Shown: positions 7,095 to 10,112 of the stretch, piece after piece | Layout: each line of letters opens with the position of its first letter | Numbering within the stretch: the stretch's first letter is position 1 | From: Candidatus Calditenuaceae archaeon HR02 | Lineage (GTDB): Archaea; Thermoproteota; Nitrososphaeria_A; Caldarchaeales; Calditenuaceae | Direction of reading: 5' to 3' | DNA: 10,112 nucleotides | Assembly (NCBI GenBank): GCA_002898395.1 | Contig: BEHE01000031.1 | Span: forward strand, 1-10,112 | Notes under the pieces: model-generated | The model's input: the letters and a program-made list of their open reading frames with translations, nothing else | Databases searched by the model: none | What the model was told of the DNA's origin: nothing | Position numbers and translations under genes: made by a program

Positions 7095-8012
7095 ATGATG
7101 CCGATATCTAAGCTGGCTGACTTATACGGTCGTGAGGGCCTCAGCCCTGGACACTCAGCCTGTCAGGGCTGCGGCGCCACAATCGCCGTTAGGCAGGTAT
7201 TATTGGCGGCCGAGCCACCCTACATAGTAGTCAGCCCAACAGGGTGTCTTGAAGTGATCTCCACCCCGTACCCCTTCACCGCCTGGCGAGTACCATGGGT
7301 CCACGTGGCCTTCGAGAACGCTGCGGCTGTCGCGTCGGGGATTGAGGCGGCTCTAAACGTCCTTGAAAGAAAGGGGATAGGGAGACGCCACAAAGTTATA
7401 GTAATCGGGGGGGATGGGGGTACTTTCGATATTGGGTTACAAGCCCTCTCAGGAGCCTTCGAGCGCGGCCATAATATCCTCTATGTTTGCTACGACAACG
7501 AGGCCTATATGAACACGGGGATTCAAAGGTCTGCGGCTACACCACCCGGCTCCATCACCACCACAACGCCAGCAGGCAAGCGTGAGCGGAAGAAGGATAT
7601 TGTCTCGATACTTGTAGGACATGGCTCCCCTTACGTCGCGACGGCGTCACCGCACCTCTGGAAAGACCTCACAAACAAGGTTAGAAAGGCACAAAGCATT
7701 GAGGGACCAACCTTCCTCCACATAATAGCCCCATGTCCGAGGGGCTGGTACTTCGACCCTCACCTCACCATAAAGCTCGCTAAGCTCGCGGTGGAGACAC
7801 GGATATTCCCGATCTACGAGGTGGAGAATGGTAGATACAGAATTAACTACCTTATCTCCAGGCCTAGGCCGGTTGAGGACTACCTCAGGCTCCAGAACAG
7901 GTTTGCACACCTGTTGAGGCCCGAGAATGCGGCCCTCCTAGAAGAGTTTAAGCGTTGGGTGGAGGATAGATGGAGCCAACTCCTCAAGATGGCTGAAGCC
8001 TTCCCAGCCTGA
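7095..8012 (+). CDS. porB: Pyruvate/2-oxoacid:ferredoxin oxidoreductase beta subunit (TPP-binding)
   Basis: GHSACQGCG, TGCLEV, FENAAA.ASG, GGDGGTFDIG...DNEAYMNTGIQRS and PCPRGW. Confidence 0.95.
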   Translation: MMPISKLADLYGREGLSPGHSACQGCGATIAVRQVLLAAEPPYIVVSPTGCLEVISTPYPFTAWRVPWVHVAFENAAAVASGIEAALNVLERKGIGRRHKVIVIGGDGGTFDIGLQALSGAFERGHNILYVCYDNEAYMNTGIQRSAATPPGSITTTTPAGKRERKKDIVSILVGHGSPYVATASPHLWKDLTNKVRKAQSIEGPTFLHIIAPCPRGWYFDPHLTIKLAKLAVETRIFPIYEVENGRYRINYLISRPRPVEDYLRLQNRFAHLLRPENAALLEEFKRWVEDRWSQLLKMAEAFPA

Positions 8013-8030
8013 CCCAAATAAGAGTCAAAC

Positions 8031-8038
8031 TTTATCAC
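8031..8038 (+). promoter_or_regulatory. TATA box of the macrodomain gene
   Basis: AAAC-TTTATCAC, 25 nt before ATG 8064. Confidence 0.5.
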
Positions 8039-8063
8039 CGACCAAGCTTATCGGCCAAAACGG

Positions 8064-8606
8064 ATGAGAGAGTTTCCTATAGCTGGTCTAAAGATTATCG
8101 TCATGAGAGGGGACATAACGGAGGTTGAGGCCGACGCCATAGTGGTTCCAGCTAACAGCAGGCTCATCATGGGTGGCGGCGTGGCAGGAGCTGTGAAGCG
8201 TAAGGGTGGCGCTGAAATAGAGAAGGAGGCAATGAGCAAAGCGCCAGTCCCAGTCGGGAAGGCCGTAACAACAGGCGCCGGAGCGTTGAAGGCGCGCTTC
8301 GTAATACACGCACCAACAATGGAGAGACCAGCAGGTGAGACAGACCCTGACAAGGTGTACATCGCCACTCAGGCAGCTGTGAGGGAGGCGCTGGGGCTTG
8401 GACTGAAGACTATAGCCTTCCCGGGAATGGGGACTGGGGTCGGCGGCCTCAACCCTCTAGTAGCAGCCCGAAGGATGGTTAAGGCAGTACTGGACACGCT
8501 ACATGGAAGTGAACAGCCTCTCGAGCGAGTATACCTGGTAGCCTTTGACAAGGAGCTAGAGGATGCCTTCAAGACCGCGGTAGAGGAGCGTGCCGAAAAC
8601 CCCTAA
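8064..8606 (+). CDS. Macrodomain protein (ADP-ribose-binding, AF1521/YmdB-like)
   Basis: GDITEVEADAIVVPANS.L.MGGGVAGA, T.AG.LKA.FVIHAPTM and IAFPGMGTGVGG. Confidence 0.93.
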   Translation: MREFPIAGLKIIVMRGDITEVEADAIVVPANSRLIMGGGVAGAVKRKGGAEIEKEAMSKAPVPVGKAVTTGAGALKARFVIHAPTMERPAGETDPDKVYIATQAAVREALGLGLKTIAFPGMGTGVGGLNPLVAARRMVKAVLDTLHGSEQPLERVYLVAFDKELEDAFKTAVEERAENP

Positions 8607-8636
8607 AAGTCAGTACAGAATCTGGACAAAAAGAGG

Positions 8637-8710
8637 GCCCCGGTAGCTCAGCCAGGTAGAGCGGCCGCCTCGTAAGCGGCAGGTCGCGGGTTCAAACCCC
8701 GCCCGGGGCT
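8637..8710 (+). tRNA. tRNA-Thr(CGT), intronless, CCA not encoded
   Basis: Acceptor GCCCCGG/CCGGGGC, D-stem GCTC/GAGC, anticodon stem GCCGC/GCGGC with loop CT-CGT-AA (anticodon 8671-8673), T-arm GCGGG-TTCAAAC-CCCGC, discriminator T. Confidence 0.96.
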
Positions 8711-8759
8711 AATTAAATTCTAACCCCAATCCTTCGTAGAAAAATCCAACCGAGGAGGC

Positions 8760-9012
8760 TTGGGCCCTAAAATATCTTGGCTAATATGTAGCCATTACTG
8801 CTCCGACTTATCTCCCTCTCAAAGACCCTTAGGGAGGTGGGAAGTATAGGGCTGGCTACAAATACTGTTGTCGATGCAGGGCGTTTCAGCTAACTGATAG
8901 TGTCTGGTGCCCATACTGCGGTGTGAAGCTGAGGACTAGGCCTACAAGGGAGTATAGAAAGGGGTGGCCTAAGAGGTATGTAAGCTTCATGGAAGGGATG
9001 GTGGACGGATGA
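8760..9012 (+). pseudogene. Frameshifted small Cys-rich zinc-ribbon protein
   Basis: From TTG 8760: (M)GPKISWLICSHYCSDLSPSQRPLG. A +1 shift in the G run at 8832-8834 continues GGKYRAGYKYCCRCRAFQLTDSVWCPYCGVKLRTRPTREYRKGWPKRYVSFMEGMVDG* (TGA 9010-9012). The start is uncertain. Confidence 0.65.
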
Positions 9013-9015
9013 GGG

Positions 9016-9490
9016 ATGAACCACCCATCATATCCGTTAAGGGTCAAGCTGTGTCAACAAGTTCTATAGTTCCAGGGCGAGGGTCTAAGGTATGAAATGA
9101 TTCAGAAGAGGATTTTACGATGGTGACGGGCGGGCCCGATGCCAGCCTACATAAACACCAACGTTGAATTGCTCGATTATAACAGAAAAATTCTTGCCGA
9201 AATCGGTATTACGACAAGTCCATTGATAATGTGGGAGAAAAAGGGTAACAAAGCATGGCACCCGAGGAGGTGTGGATAGAGGAGAAGAAGAATGCTTAGT
9301 GTGTATATCTATCCATTATGGACTATCAAAGGTTCTTGGAGAAGGTCGGAACATCTATAACTAAGAAGGGGCATCTCGTCGAACTCTTGATAAAGATGAA
9401 CCGGTGTTGTATGGATGGGATAAGAGAGAGGAAGGATTGGTGGGAGATTTGTGAGATGTTACAGAAAAGTATCGGCAGGAGAATGATGAA
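9016..9490 (+). pseudogene. Degenerate free-standing LAGLIDADG endonuclease with N-terminal HTH-like segment
   Basis: Fragments across frames: MNHPSYPLRVKLCQQVL*FQGEGLRYEMIQKRI (9016-), FRRGFYDGDG (9101-9130, LAGLIDADG helix), AYINTNVELLDYNRKILAEIGI (9145-), and EKKNA*CVYLSIMDYQRFLEKVGTSITKK (9282-). In-frame stops at 9067 and 9297 and at least three frameshifts. The 3' end is approximate. Confidence 0.75.
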
Positions 9491-9628
9491 GCTCAGACGA
9501 CCCCCCCTTATCCTCTCATACTTATATAATTTAACGGCGTTGGGTGGGGATTATACCATTCCGAGGTAATGGAGTTTGAGAATAACTTCTACGCCATTGT
9601 TATTGAGAGTGATACTTTTAGGCCTTAA

Positions 9629-9932
9629 CTATTCCAGATCCTCTATTCTTGTGGTTATGTATTTCTTCTCACCGTTATTTTTTCTTGGCTTTTTTCTGGG
9701 TTTTCTACTGCAGTATGGGTAGTGGTCGCCTTTGTCCCAGCTTGATTGGCAGATAGGGCAGTATCCCTCCCCACACCTATAGTTTGGCTGGATATGCGGT
9801 ATGTAATAATCCGAGTCTAGCCTCTCTCCAGGCCTATACGATATTCCATCCTCTATCCATAAGTCGATATGGATGGGCTTCTCCCCCTACTAGTAGCTCT
9901 GGCTGGAGTAGATATTTCTTGCTCACAGGCAT
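9629..9932 (-). pseudogene. Second degenerate zinc-ribbon paralog, converging on the LAGLIDADG relic
   Basis: ATG 9932 gives MPVSKKYLLQPELLVG. A +1 shift in the G5 run at 9883-9887 continues EKPIHIDLWIEDGISYRPGERLDSDYYIPHIQPNYRCGEGYCPICQSSWDKGDHYPYCSRKPRKKPRKNNGEKKYITTRIEDLE* (TAG 9629-9631). The first Cys of the second CxxC reads Tyr. Confidence 0.55.
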
Positions 9933-10072
9933 CCTAAGCCTGAAGCCAGCAGTAACATCATATCTACAAGTAAAAGTCTTCCACTAAAGCTGCTAGGGTT
10001 TAGCATCTAGCCGTCTATCTCTGGAGGAGATGTGTTGGGGTTGGAGATGTTGTTATAGACCCTTTGGCCGGG

Positions 10073-10104
10073 GTAGGGGGGTACTCCCCACTACATGTAG
10101 GGGG
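10073..10104. repeat. Alternating direct/inverted short repeat (GTAGGGGG / CCCCACTAC / GTAGGGGG)
   Basis: GTAGGGGG at 10073-10080 and 10097-10104, inverted copy CCCCACTAC at 10086-10094, and perfect palindrome CTACATGTAG at 10091-10100. Confidence 0.5.
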
Positions 10105-10112
10105 CCTAGATT

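Noticed and set aside
167-8572. Antisense and alternate-frame ORFs (e.g. 167..388, 243..431, 691..906, 854..1120, 1726..2139, 2924..3241, 3808..4002, 4477..4740, 4801..4989, 4826..5020, 5104..5556, 5459..5809, 5896..6105, 6006..6275, 6645..6956, 7647..7910, 8048..8368, 8088..8309, 8369..8572)
   Set aside because: They are shadows of well-supported genes with no recognisable motifs.
8826-8836. CTTAGGG resembling the Ty1 +1 programmed frameshift site at the Zn-ribbon frame break
   Set aside because: The heptamer is in the wrong reading frame, so a simple 1-nt insertion in the G run is more parsimonious.
9483-9540. C-box ATGATGA suggesting a C/D sRNA (also GTGATGA at the rpo7-spt4 junction)
   Set aside because: No CTGA D or D' boxes at appropriate spacing.
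9318-9569. 83-aa ORF as an independent gene
   Set aside because: It is the C-terminal fragment of the LAGLIDADG pseudogene after the stop at 9297, and its tail reads through non-coding sequence.
9784-9987. 67-aa plus-strand ORF
   Set aside because: It is antisense to the Zn-ribbon relic and has no motifs.
8711-10112. Classical integrase-type provirus, IS element or CRISPR array after the tRNA
   Set aside because: No integrase or transposase motifs, no duplicated tRNA end and no regularly spaced repeats are visible within the window.

Overview
Archaeal chromosomal window. TATA/BRE promoters, many TTG/GTG starts and a tRNA without encoded CCA fit a TACK lineage such as Aigarchaeota/Nitrososphaerota relatives (taxonomy is inference). 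Left part: the conserved information-processing cluster on the minus strand (aIF2-gamma, PIN/Fcf1-like nuclease, Rpo7, Spt4 with a CTG start missed by the ORF track, DUF359 dephospho-CoA kinase), with rps27ae inverted and convergent. Middle: a divergent pair made of a tandem-domain HxlR/DUF24 regulator and a protoglobin sharing a palindromic operator, then a four-gene 2-oxoacid (pyruvate):ferredoxin oxidoreductase operon, a macrodomain gene and tRNA-Thr(CGT). Right: a decayed island directly after the tRNA with an HTH-LAGLIDADG endonuclease pseudogene flanked by two converging broken copies of a small Cys-rich zinc-ribbon gene. A third broken copy of that family lies at the window's left edge next to the rps27ae inversion. 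The repeated Zn-ribbon/LAGLIDADG relic and the HxlR-protoglobin cassette are the most interesting items.
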